Shown here piece after piece: positions 42,001 to 54,000 of a DNA stretch of 64,000 bases (positions are counted from its first letter, which is position 1; each line of letters opens with the position of its first letter). This DNA comes from an uncultured Planctomycetales bacterium (lineage in GTDB: Bacteria; Omnitrophota; Gorgyraeia; Gygaellales; Profunditerraquicolaceae): positions 76,593-140,592 of the forward strand of contig CAYHBB010000040.1 of the NCBI GenBank assembly GCA_964354795.1. The letters run 5' to 3'. A program made the position numbers and the translations under genes. The notes under the pieces were generated by a model, which made no database searches, was not told the DNA's origin, and saw nothing but the letters and a program-made list of their open reading frames with translations.

Positions 42001-45000
42001 AAACTCATGCGCCAGGCGCGCCTGGAGTTCCAAAGGATCGGCATATTCATCTGCTTTTGTCAATATAATGACCTCTTTTTTATCCGGATGGATTACTGCC
42101 CTGATCTGGGTGCCCAGGTAAAGAGTCTCTGCGTCTACGCTCATCCCCTGCCCGCCACGGACAGAGACCTGATAAATCGCATAACCTTCGATCGCCTTTT
42201 TAACAAAAGCTTCCTCTATATTGATACGCTGTGACTTTAAGGCACTAACCAGGGACGATACTGTCTGGTCTATCAATTCTCTGCCGGTTTCCTCCCTCCG
42301 GTAAACGCCGCAAAGCGTAAACAGCCGCCTTACTTCCTGCGCGCTTAATTCTTTATCCGCGCAGGATAGATCCTTACTATCAACGCTAGCGGAAGACTCC
42401 AGTTTAGATGTTTCCCCCGTATTGCCGTGATCCAGGTTGAACATTTGGGCTACCGCAGGAAGATAATCTTTCTCAAGCGTAGAGCGTATGCGGGCTTCGT
42501 CTTTCTCCAGTATCTTTATATAACGGTAAGCGCTTAAGTCGTCGCTCCTGTTTTTCACATGGTGCATTACGGCTTGCGTATAAGCCTGGATATCAGGCTT
42601 GGCAATATCAATGCCCATATTCATTATTTTATTTCTTGTGGCAAGCGAGACAAGATTAAAATAGGGATCGGATACGATCAATCTCTGAAGAGAAAGCATA
42701 GCCATGGCCCAGGCGACGATCTCTTCCTGTACCCTGCTTTTAAGAAGCGCCTTTTCGTCATGCCTTACGGGATCAGCAGGGTGCATAGCAGCAAAATCCT
42801 GAAAGATAGCGCGCGCCCACATGTGGCCGATGATCTCATGAATGATATCGAATTCCTTTATCTCCTCTTTTATTACCCACCCGGCGTCTCTTTTCTCCAA
42901 AGCGCTCTTATCAATGAAAAGATAGACTTTGCCTTCATCCGAAGTGAATAATTTCGCCTTAAAGCGCGGATATACGCTTCCTAATTGGGCAGAAGTATCC
43001 ACAGCCAGGATTTCCGGCAAAGGAACTTCATCAACAGACTCAGCTAAAACACCCAAACAGCTTCTGACGTAGCCTGTCAGGCTTAATGTATCAACCGGTT
43101 CGCTGAAGAAAGTATTATTCAGCAATTGCCTGTCAAGCCTGGCTCGCTGAAACGGCGATAACGCACAAGCCTTAGCGGCCTTTGCCTCATGGCGCTCGGG
43201 ATGGCTGTTCACCATCTTGATAAAACTAAGGATCCCAAATTTAAGGGTTGTGATCTTTTTCTCATAAACCACGGGATCGTGCTCTATCTTTTCGTGCAAG
43301 GGGCCCTGCAAGTATTCCGATGGCAGAATAATCGAATGAGCATTCTTTCGGGGCGCAGAACAGTGCAGGATACTTTCCGCTGTAATAGAAGTAACAGGGA
43401 TGCCGTAAACACCGTTAGCCAGATGACTGAAACAGGCATCCTGAGCAAGGACTGTAGTGGCTATACCTAAAATATTATGTATGTAAGGCTGGATCCCCTC
43501 TTTTTTGGGCACAAGGATCTGGCTTTGGGCAGCCGTGTTCTTATTACGCATCTCATTCCGGGCTCCCTCTACAACTTTTTGCAAATAATCATTGCAGGCT
43601 TCTGCCTGCCTTCCCCAGCCGCAGGTAAACACAAGATAAGCGCCTTTTATATCGCGCGCAAGCGCGATAATCACACCCATCCATTCTTCGGGTTCTAGTA
43701 AGCTGCGCTTGGATATATCGGCCGCATATAAGTTTATGATGACCACTTTTTTCGTAGGGTCAAAAGCTCCTAATGAGCCACCACTATTGCATTCGTCAAA
43801 TAATCTCTTCATCCAATCCAGGGCGATGATCGACTCTTCGATGCCGTATTGTATTGCGGGCATATTTTCTACGGTTACATCCAGGCCCAGGATACCGTAA
43901 GTCTCAATAGGAAGAAGCCAGATGCCAGTTGGCTTCAGCAGCCATTCAGACGCCACATCATTACTGATCCCGGATTTACTGGCGACTTTCCCGATCAGCT
44001 CTTCCATCCCCGATACATTATAAAGACAGCCTTCGCGGTCTAAAAATGTCGGATGATAATACCCGTAGATAGCGGGGCTCATCAGGCCAGGGTTCAAAGA
44101 CGAAATATTCGACAGCGGAGCGAACAGCCTGACGACATAAGGAGATTTTCTATTGATTGAATTGCCGGATCCCGCAAGCCAATTAAAATTTCCTTCCCCT
44201 CTGCCGATATCTATAATGTCGATCACCATATCGATCTCATGATCAAGTAAGACGGTTTTTAACTCTACGTCAAAAGGCTTATTGTCCTTTTTGCATTGCT
44301 CCCTTATTTCTCGCGACGAAGGTATCAGCTGGATCTTACCGGTAAATTGCCTGGCTATGAAAATATCCGGCAGGTCTGAGGCCAGATATATAGTGGCATC
44401 CGGAAACTTCTTCATCAATCCGGTCACCAGCGGCCAGAGAGTGATAGTCTCCTCTTCGAGATCAGATATGATCAGCGTCTTAAAGTCAGCAAAAACAAGA
44501 ATCTTCTTGATTTCTTCAGAAGGGATCTGCGCAAGCGGCTTGCTGATTGTCTTTTTCTCCCCTTCGTTGCTAGATGCCTGTATCAGAGCGCCCAGCAAAC
44601 CAAAAACAAGCAAAGATGCAGGATGAACCAATCCCGCGATAACCGCCCCTAAAGCAAAAACCGCAAGGATTATCTGCAAGGTGCGGGTCGATGAAGAATC
44701 TTGCGCGCTGCGTGCTTTTTGTTCGGCCGCTGCGGAGGCCTTATTTGAAGCCCCGCTGGAAAGCGACTTTTGCTCCCCACCAGCCACGGAAGGTAGAGCT
44801 AGGTCATTGTTATCCTTTCCAGCGGAGCAAGGCAAATCTATACAATCCCCATCCCTTTGCTCGCTTTCGCTCGCAAGGGACGCCTTCGCCCCTTCCGGGG
44901 CTCGGCAGCCAGCCACGGAAGGTAGAAGATCGCCTTTTTCAATTCTTTGCAACGGGGCATGACAAGTCTTTACGGGCCCCATCCTTTCAGATACATTCAT

Positions 45001-48000
45001 TTCCTTTAATACTTCTTCCGGATCCCGCCCGTTCTGAAACGCCTGAATAATCGCGCGCGCTTTCTTAGAAGGCAGAACTATAGTCCGAGGATAAAAATAG
45101 CGGTAGGCGCAATTGTCGCAAGGCGTGATTCTCTCACCGCGCTCGAGGCGGTAACGATTAAGCTCTACCATAGCTTCAAATGTAGACCAGTATTGTATCT
45201 GGCTACCATGCATGCCAAGAGCCATCTTTTCAAGCAAGCTGAAGTTATAAAGGTGGGATACGCCGAATATCGCTCCGATCTCGTGAGCGACAACCTGCTT
45301 CAAGCGGGCGGGAGTAAGGCAGGGCTTGACTACTATCCAGATACGCCCATATGTATCGACAAAATTAAAGGCGTCTATTGAAATATCAAAGCAGGTCAGG
45401 GATTTGATCAACTTTTCCATCTCCTGAAACAGTTCAGGAGGGCCGCGCACAAAATGCGCGCCCATGCTATATTCCGCCAAAGAACCCAGCCCCTGGGCCC
45501 TTAATATGCCCCTTACTTCATCTATTTCTGTATCGGCCATGGCGCCGCAATTTACGAATAGTTTTTGATTGCGCTCGGAAACAGCGCCCACCGTATCCTG
45601 GACCGTCTTTTCATGGAACTGGATAATACTGCTTGCGTCCCTGCTGCTGCTGAATGCCGCGTTATCGCGCGCGCGCATTTTTCCTGCGACCAGGTCAGCC
45701 CAGACGCAGATCAGGCCCTTGGCCTGATTGCGGATATCTCCCTGAGTAAGGCCCATCTTCAAAGCATTATATGAGAGCTGACCATAATTATCTTTAATGC
45801 GATAAACAGCAACTGCTTCCTCAAGTTTTACCACTAGTGATTCGATATCGGGGATGGTCTCTCCGTGCGAATCGCCGTCAACACAGGAGGTTTTTTCGTA
45901 TTCAACTATGTAACCTGTGCCGCTTAAAACTTTTCCTTGTGCGTCACGCACTACCGGTTTTACCCGCTCAGGAATTACCCCATCCGCAGTGGCAAAAGTA
46001 GGAGCGCCGTTTTGCTGGGCATTGCCGAAGCTAGTCGGGCCAGCCTCTTTATCCTTAAAAGAAAGCATCCCACCAAAATCAACACCCTGCTGGATGATCC
46101 ATGAGGTATGCACGTTGTGGTTGGAAATAAAGATAATATGGTACTTTAGTTCAGGATATTTCTTAAGCAATTCTTCTGTCCTGGCCTTTAAGCAGTCGCC
46201 GAAACCACAGAACCTTCTTCCGCCGATAAGTAGGACAACTCTGGCTTTGATGATTCGTTCTCTAAGATCAGGGTTGCGGCTGAGTTTATCCACAATGATC
46301 CTACTTGACCGCAGATCACTGTAACCGGCAATGATATCTAAGATAAGATCTGCGCATTTATAAGGCACCATCCTGCGCACAAAACTAAAGATTGGCATAT
46401 CCATAAGTTTTTGCTTTGCCGCTTCTGCCTCATCCTTAAGCTGCTGATTGAGCTCTCCAAAGGTCTCCTTAAACAGCTCATCGATCAGATGCCTCTTTTG
46501 GATCTTCTTAGCTTCTTGTAAACCCTTTACGAACATTTTGCGATAATTCTCCATGCTATCAAGAAAAGCGAATAATCCACGGTAAGTACTTATGTCAATA
46601 TCCTGGGTATTCGCGACTCTGCGCGCCAGGTTTTCCATATATCGCCTTAGCATCCATTTTATGGGCTTACCCTGCCAACGCTCAATATCTGAACCTTCGC
46701 TATTCCCAAAAAGCGCATCTTCAACTACCTTATCCGCGACCGCTTCAAATAGAAGCGGATCGGTTTCCAGTATCCGCGTGTGGGCGGTAGAACATCCAGT
46801 GATAATGTCGCTGACCAGCGCCGTGAGCTTAACCAAATCTACTATACCGTCGTGCAGGACTGAACAAAACTTGTCCGCTATCTGCAGGCGGTTAAACATA
46901 TACGCATGGTAAACCGGCAAGCCGGCTGCGACAATCGTATGATTATAATGGTGTACGGGCAAGTCCTTGAAAAGGTGCAGCGCTATTCCCTCATTAGCGC
47001 TCAGTTTATCTTTACGTAAAGCGATGATTTCCGGGTTGTAATCATCTTTGACTGCGGCGGGGATGGCTAATGTGGTATTCACTTCGCTGGTTGAGAAAAG
47101 AAGCTTGTCTTGTATATGGCCTTTCTTATAACTATCGATGATAAACTGCAGGAGTACCTTACGGTAGAGAAGTGTCTGCACAGCGCGCCAATCGTCATCG
47201 CTATCTCCGGGATAGGCCTCATTAAATATCTCGGGGCAATACATCCAGTATTCCCTTAATTCGGATTCCCTCTGGAAACGATTACGGTAAAGCTCTACCT
47301 TTACCGGCCCGATATGGTGGATATGCGTTCCTTCGTGAACATCCACATCCAGATTGATATGGTAAGTCTTCACCGGCTCAAGGCAGTGCTTCAGGATCCC
47401 GATCAGCCCTTCTTCAGGATTGATCTTATATTTTTCATACAGCTGCCTGTGGTAGACTACCGGCCCGCGCGGCATGATCCTGCCGCGGTCCTCAACCTTG
47501 CCTTTAATGGCATTTGCGTAAAGAACACCCATGACATGGATCCTCTTTGAGGCCTCAATCTCACCCCAATATTTACTCAAAACCTGATACCATCCCCTGA
47601 CTAAATCAGGCTTAAAGCTTCCCAGGCCGCCGGCCATGATGATCTTGGCGATTTCTCCGGTGTTGTACGCCGCCTCCTCAGGAGTGCATCCCCAGACGTC
47701 TATAAGGTATTCCTCAAACGCCTTCAGGAATTTCTCAGAAAGCTCATACTCCATTTGGAGCACCCAGATATCCCTGCCCTGAAGATTGTTAACGGCATCG
47801 CAAAGGGCCTGCTCTTTGAAATCTTCTGCCCACTGCCAATCTACGGAAAATCCTGCTGTGTCATCGAGCCTATCTTGACTACGGATCAGTCCGGAGACCA
47901 TATGCCTTAACACCGGATCGATTAATACTGCGCTATTTACTCCTGCGCTGCCGACTGAATTATCCGCCTTATTCAATGAATCCAACATCCGGCCTAACTC

Positions 48001-51000
48001 AGTGTCTTTTGCGTTCTCGGGGATCACAAAAATAGCATCTTTGCCAGATCTACGGTCCCGGATCCCGCCAAAAATCTCGAAATTAAGGACAGCTACAATC
48101 CGGGCGGGTAAATTTAGCGATAATGATCTAAAGACATCCGGGTCGCCTAAACGCAATCTATCTAAGCTTAGGTTCTCTTCATGGGTTATTGGGAATAACA
48201 CTGCCTGGATTTCGTGAGCGATGGTTTGAACTGAGGCATTTACAGGATGAACAATAAGCGGCTTTGTTCCGACAGGGGTATCCAAAAGCACAATGCAGGC
48301 ACCGATATCCCAGCCGTCAGGCGCACGGGCATAATGGATGCCGCGGGCCTGCTCCAGTTCGTCGAATCTGCTACGATTAATGCCAAAACGTTTTGCAAAC
48401 AAATTACGCGCATCCTCAAGAATATCGCTATCTTTGTATATCCCTGCGCGAATAGAATCAATGCCGAATTTATGCGCGTAAGCATCGACGAGCGCGGCAT
48501 CAAGGCCGTTTTCCGAGCGGTCAACAGGCCGCTGATCTATTACGCACTCATCGTTTACCCTTGCTGAGTAACTTTGAGAAAGGATCACACAGAGAGTGTT
48601 TTCGCTCCTATGGATCTTTATCTCGGAAAAGCGGGTTTGAATATCCTCCTGCTCTTCCAGAGGAACGGACAAGCTCCTGCGTATATTTAATATAGTGGTA
48701 TTGTCTTCCGCCCTTTCCCTATCAAGGTCATAAAGGAAATTTATGATATCGATCTTTTCTTTCATATCCGGATCTCGGCTGATATATTTCCACAATCCGT
48801 AAATGAACCTGAGCGCCACAACCATATTCCCGTCTTCGGCGAGCCACCGCAGATCCCATACGCCGCGGCGGATACTCACCCGGCTTAAGAAAGCGATGAA
48901 TTCACCATCGCTGAGGAACTTCACCACATCCTCAGGGAGATTCTTATGCCTGGCGATCTCAGATAAAGAACCCCGCCACTCCTCGCCGTCAAATGTGCCT
49001 AGATCAGCGGCCACCCCGCCTTGTCCTGTAAGCCCGGCAAAAAGCCTTATCTTTGCCCAGTTTTCTTTCATCCTTGAATATGTGGAGAACCGTCCGAGGC
49101 TGGAAAGAAAAACGATGCTGCGTATGTGCCCGGCGCTTACCGTATTTTTCGCCTTTGAGACGACCCATGTGGCGGAAACTATAGATGCCAGCTTTGTGAA
49201 TCTGTACCAGTTGGCAAGATACGCATTATCAAGACTAAGCTCCCATCGCTTCTCAGCTTTATTTTCACTCAGTGAAATATTTAACCCTCGTTCTTTCAGA
49301 TTACGCAGGATCTCTTCGAAGCGCATACGCTCATCTGTGAGCCTGTTTATTTCGTCAAACGATGTATTTCGGAATATTTCAGCTATCGGTTCGGAACTAA
49401 AAGGAGCCAACGCGGAAGGAGCACTAAATCTTATCCACTCGATCTCTCCTTCTTCCTTATTGCCTGCAAGGTGTTCTTCGGCCCTGGCCAAGACGCGGCT
49501 TAAAAGAAATATCATTTTGACCAGCGAATCCGGGTCAAGTGACTGCAAAAAGAATATGCAAGAATCAATCACCCTCACAGGCGTATGCTCGGGATTGTCA
49601 AAATATTTACGTATCAAAGCGAAACTATCCGGCTGCTTCTGTTTTATATCTTCCAGCAGCGCCTTCGCTTTCTCGTACTTAGCCGAAGATGGCGGAAGGC
49701 CTTCTCTTGTGGAAGAGAATATCTTTAACCTGTAATCAAGAAGCTGCCTGCCGAATTCTTCGGACAAATAATCTTTCGCATTTTTAGCGCCCATTAGCCC
49801 GCTAAAAAACTTTGTCTTGTCGCCAGAAAGCCCCATGCCCTTTCCTGAAGCATAGATATCAGCAAGATTAAGAAGAGACAGGACTTTTATTGCCAGGGAG
49901 TCCGGCTCGTAATTAAGGCTGTCCCGGGAAAGCACCCTATACGTCCTTTCGCCGAAATGTATGGTCCCCAGATCAACGTGATGAAATATTGCCCATGCCG
50001 CCAGTTTTATCTGTTCGTCGGAGAACCTATCCTCCTGAGGGAGAAAACCGTTTATCGCATTAATGATCCCCGAGACAATAGGAGCCCCTGCTTCTGCGTG
50101 ATGCGGACTCTTTGAGGGCTCTCCGATATCATGCAACAAAGCGATCAAATATACCAGCCTGCGCATTGTCAACGCATTGCCTGCGGCAAAGATCTCTTTA
50201 AGCGCGTCACGGAACATCCTAAAAGACGATTCGAAAACAAGATCCCCTTCTTTATCTTTGTTGATCGCGGCCAGATCATCATTCTCGCCTTTGTCCAGCG
50301 CGTTAATGAATACGGCCGCGCCTAAAGAATGCTCAAAGATATTCTGCTTAAAACTACCGCTCTGGAATTTTATCCCCTTCTTAAGCTCGATCATCTTCGG
50401 GAACAGTTTTTCTATTACTTCCCGATTTTGCGCAAATGCGACATCGCGGCTATCAAGCACTTGAATGAAAGCTGTCACGTCTTTTTCGTCCCATAAAACG
50501 CAAGCCTGCCCTTCTTTGCCCGGGGCAGGGCCCGGCTTTTGGCCGGCGGCCTTCGGATCTACAGGTTTTACGGCTGGCGCAGTGGGCTTAAGCCTTTTTT
50601 CTAATTCCGCCTTGAGCCTGCTAAAGTGCTGCTCCATATATATAGGAGAGCCTTCGCCAAAGAATAAAGTCCCGAAATCCCTGTGCAATGTAGTCAGGCC
50701 CATGATCGTCTGCATTTCATCTGATTTTATTCCGCGCTCTTTTCCGTAGACATCCGAACTCGATAGGGTTTTAAGAAAATGAGGCAGGAACTCCCAGTTA
50801 TCCAACGATTCATCCCGGTATAAAAGACGGGTGTAGAGAAGAAGTATGACAGAGACCCATAATATCTTCTTCATAGAAGGCTGGGAAATAATAGCCTTGT
50901 ACGTAACGATAAAACTTTCAACATCTTCTGCCAAAGGCGCGAGGCTTTCGGAAAGGCTGTATTTTCTAAGATACGAGGTCAGGTCTTCTATACGCAACGC

Positions 51001-54000
51001 CCCCCTTGCCACATTATCGATTTGATCAAGAAACCGGATAGAAGCGACGACTCTTTCATAGCGGTTCCTGACTCTTCCTTTCTCGTCTTTTGTCTCGGGG
51101 ACATCCTTGAGCTCATCCATAAAAAGCATTTCCTGCAGCCTTTGCCAAAGAAGCGAGATGCTCGGTTGCCGGATCTCAAATTCATCCCAGAGCCTGATAA
51201 AGTTCTCGCGCTCTACCTCTGTTATACTTGCGGTCGAACTTCTCAGGGCAACAAGCAACTTATCATCACGGACACTATTGCAAAGGATAGGATTGATTTC
51301 AAGAAGATACACTATCGCGTAAGAATAATTCCTGATAGCAAAAGTATATTTAAACTTATTTTCCGTTCCTGAGGAGAAGTAGGTGTCGCCCAGAGCCACG
51401 AACAGATCCGCGATCCTGCTGCGAATATCCTTTGGCCCGTATTCAAACCCCCCAAGGCATCCCAGGCGCCTCAGATATTCAACGGTTAAGGATACCTCCT
51501 TGCCTATCAAATTAGGCGTCTTGTCTATCGACATCCTCATGTCTGTGTATTCCCGCAGGAATGAAAGGTGGTCTCTGGCGATTCTAGAGGGCAATGTGGC
51601 CGTATTACTAAGAAGTGATTCCATCCTTTCATCACGAAAAATATACCGCATCTCGGAAATCAAAAGAAAGGCTTTGTGCACAAACTCATCACCATGATTA
51701 TCTTTAGACACCCCATTGCAATGCCGGCCTGATTTCTCCAGCCACAAAGCCAGGACCTGATGATAAATCTGCGATTCTATGATCAGCTCTTCCGCTTCGC
51801 TATAGTCGCCCTTATCTTTCCACAGGCAGCTATTCAGCAATAGCACTGCCTCACCCGCGCTTGCATCCGACCTGCAAGCGCTGAGAGCGGACGCATTTAC
51901 CTTAAACTCTAATCTCCATTTTGTTCCCGAAACGAAAAACTCTTTAACCAAGGGATTATTGCTAATGATCCTATCCAATATTTTCTTTATCGGAGCTGAC
52001 GCGATCTCGCTCATTGAGGCGTACGTCTTCGGCAAATCATCCCCAGACTGACCCTTAGGCAAAACCCTCCAGAAAGAATTATGCAAATTTCTTTCCACTT
52101 CTGCAGCGGGCCTTCCGTTTTCCGAATGGTCGGCTGCTGAAACGGCTGGAACAAGATATCTTGTATCGAGCGGCGGCTGGAATACCTGCGTATCAGCATC
52201 TTTCTGCGTGAAAGCCTGGAGAATCTCTTTTGCCCTGCTTTTTATCGAACTATAGAATTCCCCGCTAATAAACTGCGCATGCCGGGGATTCCTGTCTCCG
52301 TTATAATTTGCTAACCCTTCAGCGTAATCTACGCAGTCAGCCAGGTTTATCCCTCCGGCATACCCCTTATTCTTTGCCTCGGTACCGGAAGGCCTTATCT
52401 CGACCCATTTATCGCTGAAGGCCAAATAAGTACCATCGCCGACAAAAAGGATGTTCTCTAAGTTGCTAAAATTAAGCTCGCTAAACGCTTCCTGCAGAAT
52501 TGCCCGGGCGTCTTCAATGCCTATCATGCCAGCCCGCAACGCAAGGGTAATGCTTAAAAAATAAGTGTCATTTTTCGTCCTAATCCCTAGCCCCTCCCTT
52601 ATTTCGTCATCAAGCTTTTTCGAATCTTTCTCATTAGGATTATAATAGATAACGTCCGCTCGGTAATCAAACCTGGAAGTTATCCGGTTATCCTCATAGA
52701 TCTCTTCCAGATAATCGGAAAGCATTTTGTTGCGGCTTTCTGAGTATGCGGCGAGCGCTGCAGTGACAATCATGGCTTCTCCCGCAGACTTCTCTCTCAT
52801 AGCGATGGCGGACCTTCCATTGGTGCTCCTGATCAATTCCGCAGGCCCGAAGATCTCACCGCCGGATTCTTCGCCCGCAAAAAGCGCGCGCGGATTCTTT
52901 CCTATATTGATATTGTTTCCGTAAATATCGGTAATAATGACGTCCTCGCCTGGGCGCGTCCTGAGCTGAAATTCCGCCTTTCGCAATATCGAGGCAATTT
53001 CTTTGAAACCCACCGGAACCTCTACTACCGCAACCCCGTTCTTTTGCGCCCACTCAAGCCAGGTCCTGGAAGAAGGAGTGGTCTTTACCATAAACCAGTT
53101 GTATTTATTCCACAGGCCCGCATCTTCTAATGCTTTCTTTTGATAGGCAATAGTCAGCAAAAACGACTGGTTCGGCGTATATACAGCCAACACCCTGGAA
53201 TTGCCCATATCAATATATGCTATCCCTAAACGCTGCAAAGAAGCAATATTCTCGCTGGATTCGATTTGCGCGGTAACCAGCCTATCGCCGTCCGGGTCAG
53301 TCATCAACACCGTTGTTCCTACGGGGTAATCTTTGAGTAATTCGCTGTAGCCGGTCATTTGTACCACCGGCATGATCACCTGCTGTGTCTTTTTATCAAA
53401 TTTAGTCATCGCCAGATCGCACGACAAATCATAGAATTCGCGGTTTCCGTTCTTAGGGTTAGTATCAAGCTTGCCGACTCCGTGGAAGAAGGAATCTTCG
53501 GCAGTATGCAGCCACCTTATTTTATGGTCGATGCCCAGATGTCTGAATATTCCGGACATTGTCCGGTACATGCATCCGCCGACGCAATCGATGACTACGG
53601 GATCCCTCATCCCCTTTATCTTTTCGAGGTTTGCCGCAGTAGCAACGCCTCTTCTTAAATATTCGACGTAAAGCTGCATACCGTCTTCAAGCCGGGATAA
53701 TAGCCCGGTGTCGATCAGTGGATTATCTTTGGCCGCGATGGCGACCGTATAACTACCCTGCTCTTCGATTACCTTGAATATCCTCTCGATCTCCGCAACG
53801 AACTCCATGGATTCTTCGGGCAGGTACTGGCTGCCCTGATTATTTATGTCCTTGGTAGCGATAAAGGTGGCGATGGCGTGGCTGGCAGTTACGTATTCAG
53901 CGCCGATGAAATCAAGCATGAATGCCAGGAATGAGATCATCCAGATCGGCATGGTCTGATATCCTGCTACAGTATGTGTAGTTATGCCTTCATGCGCTTG

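Noticed and set aside
45000-46500. An alpha-glucan phosphorylase (GT35)-like motif, from KEAGPTSFGNAQQNGAPTF.
   Set aside because: It only loosely resembles EASGTGNMKF..NGAL, which is too weak to call without an HMM search.
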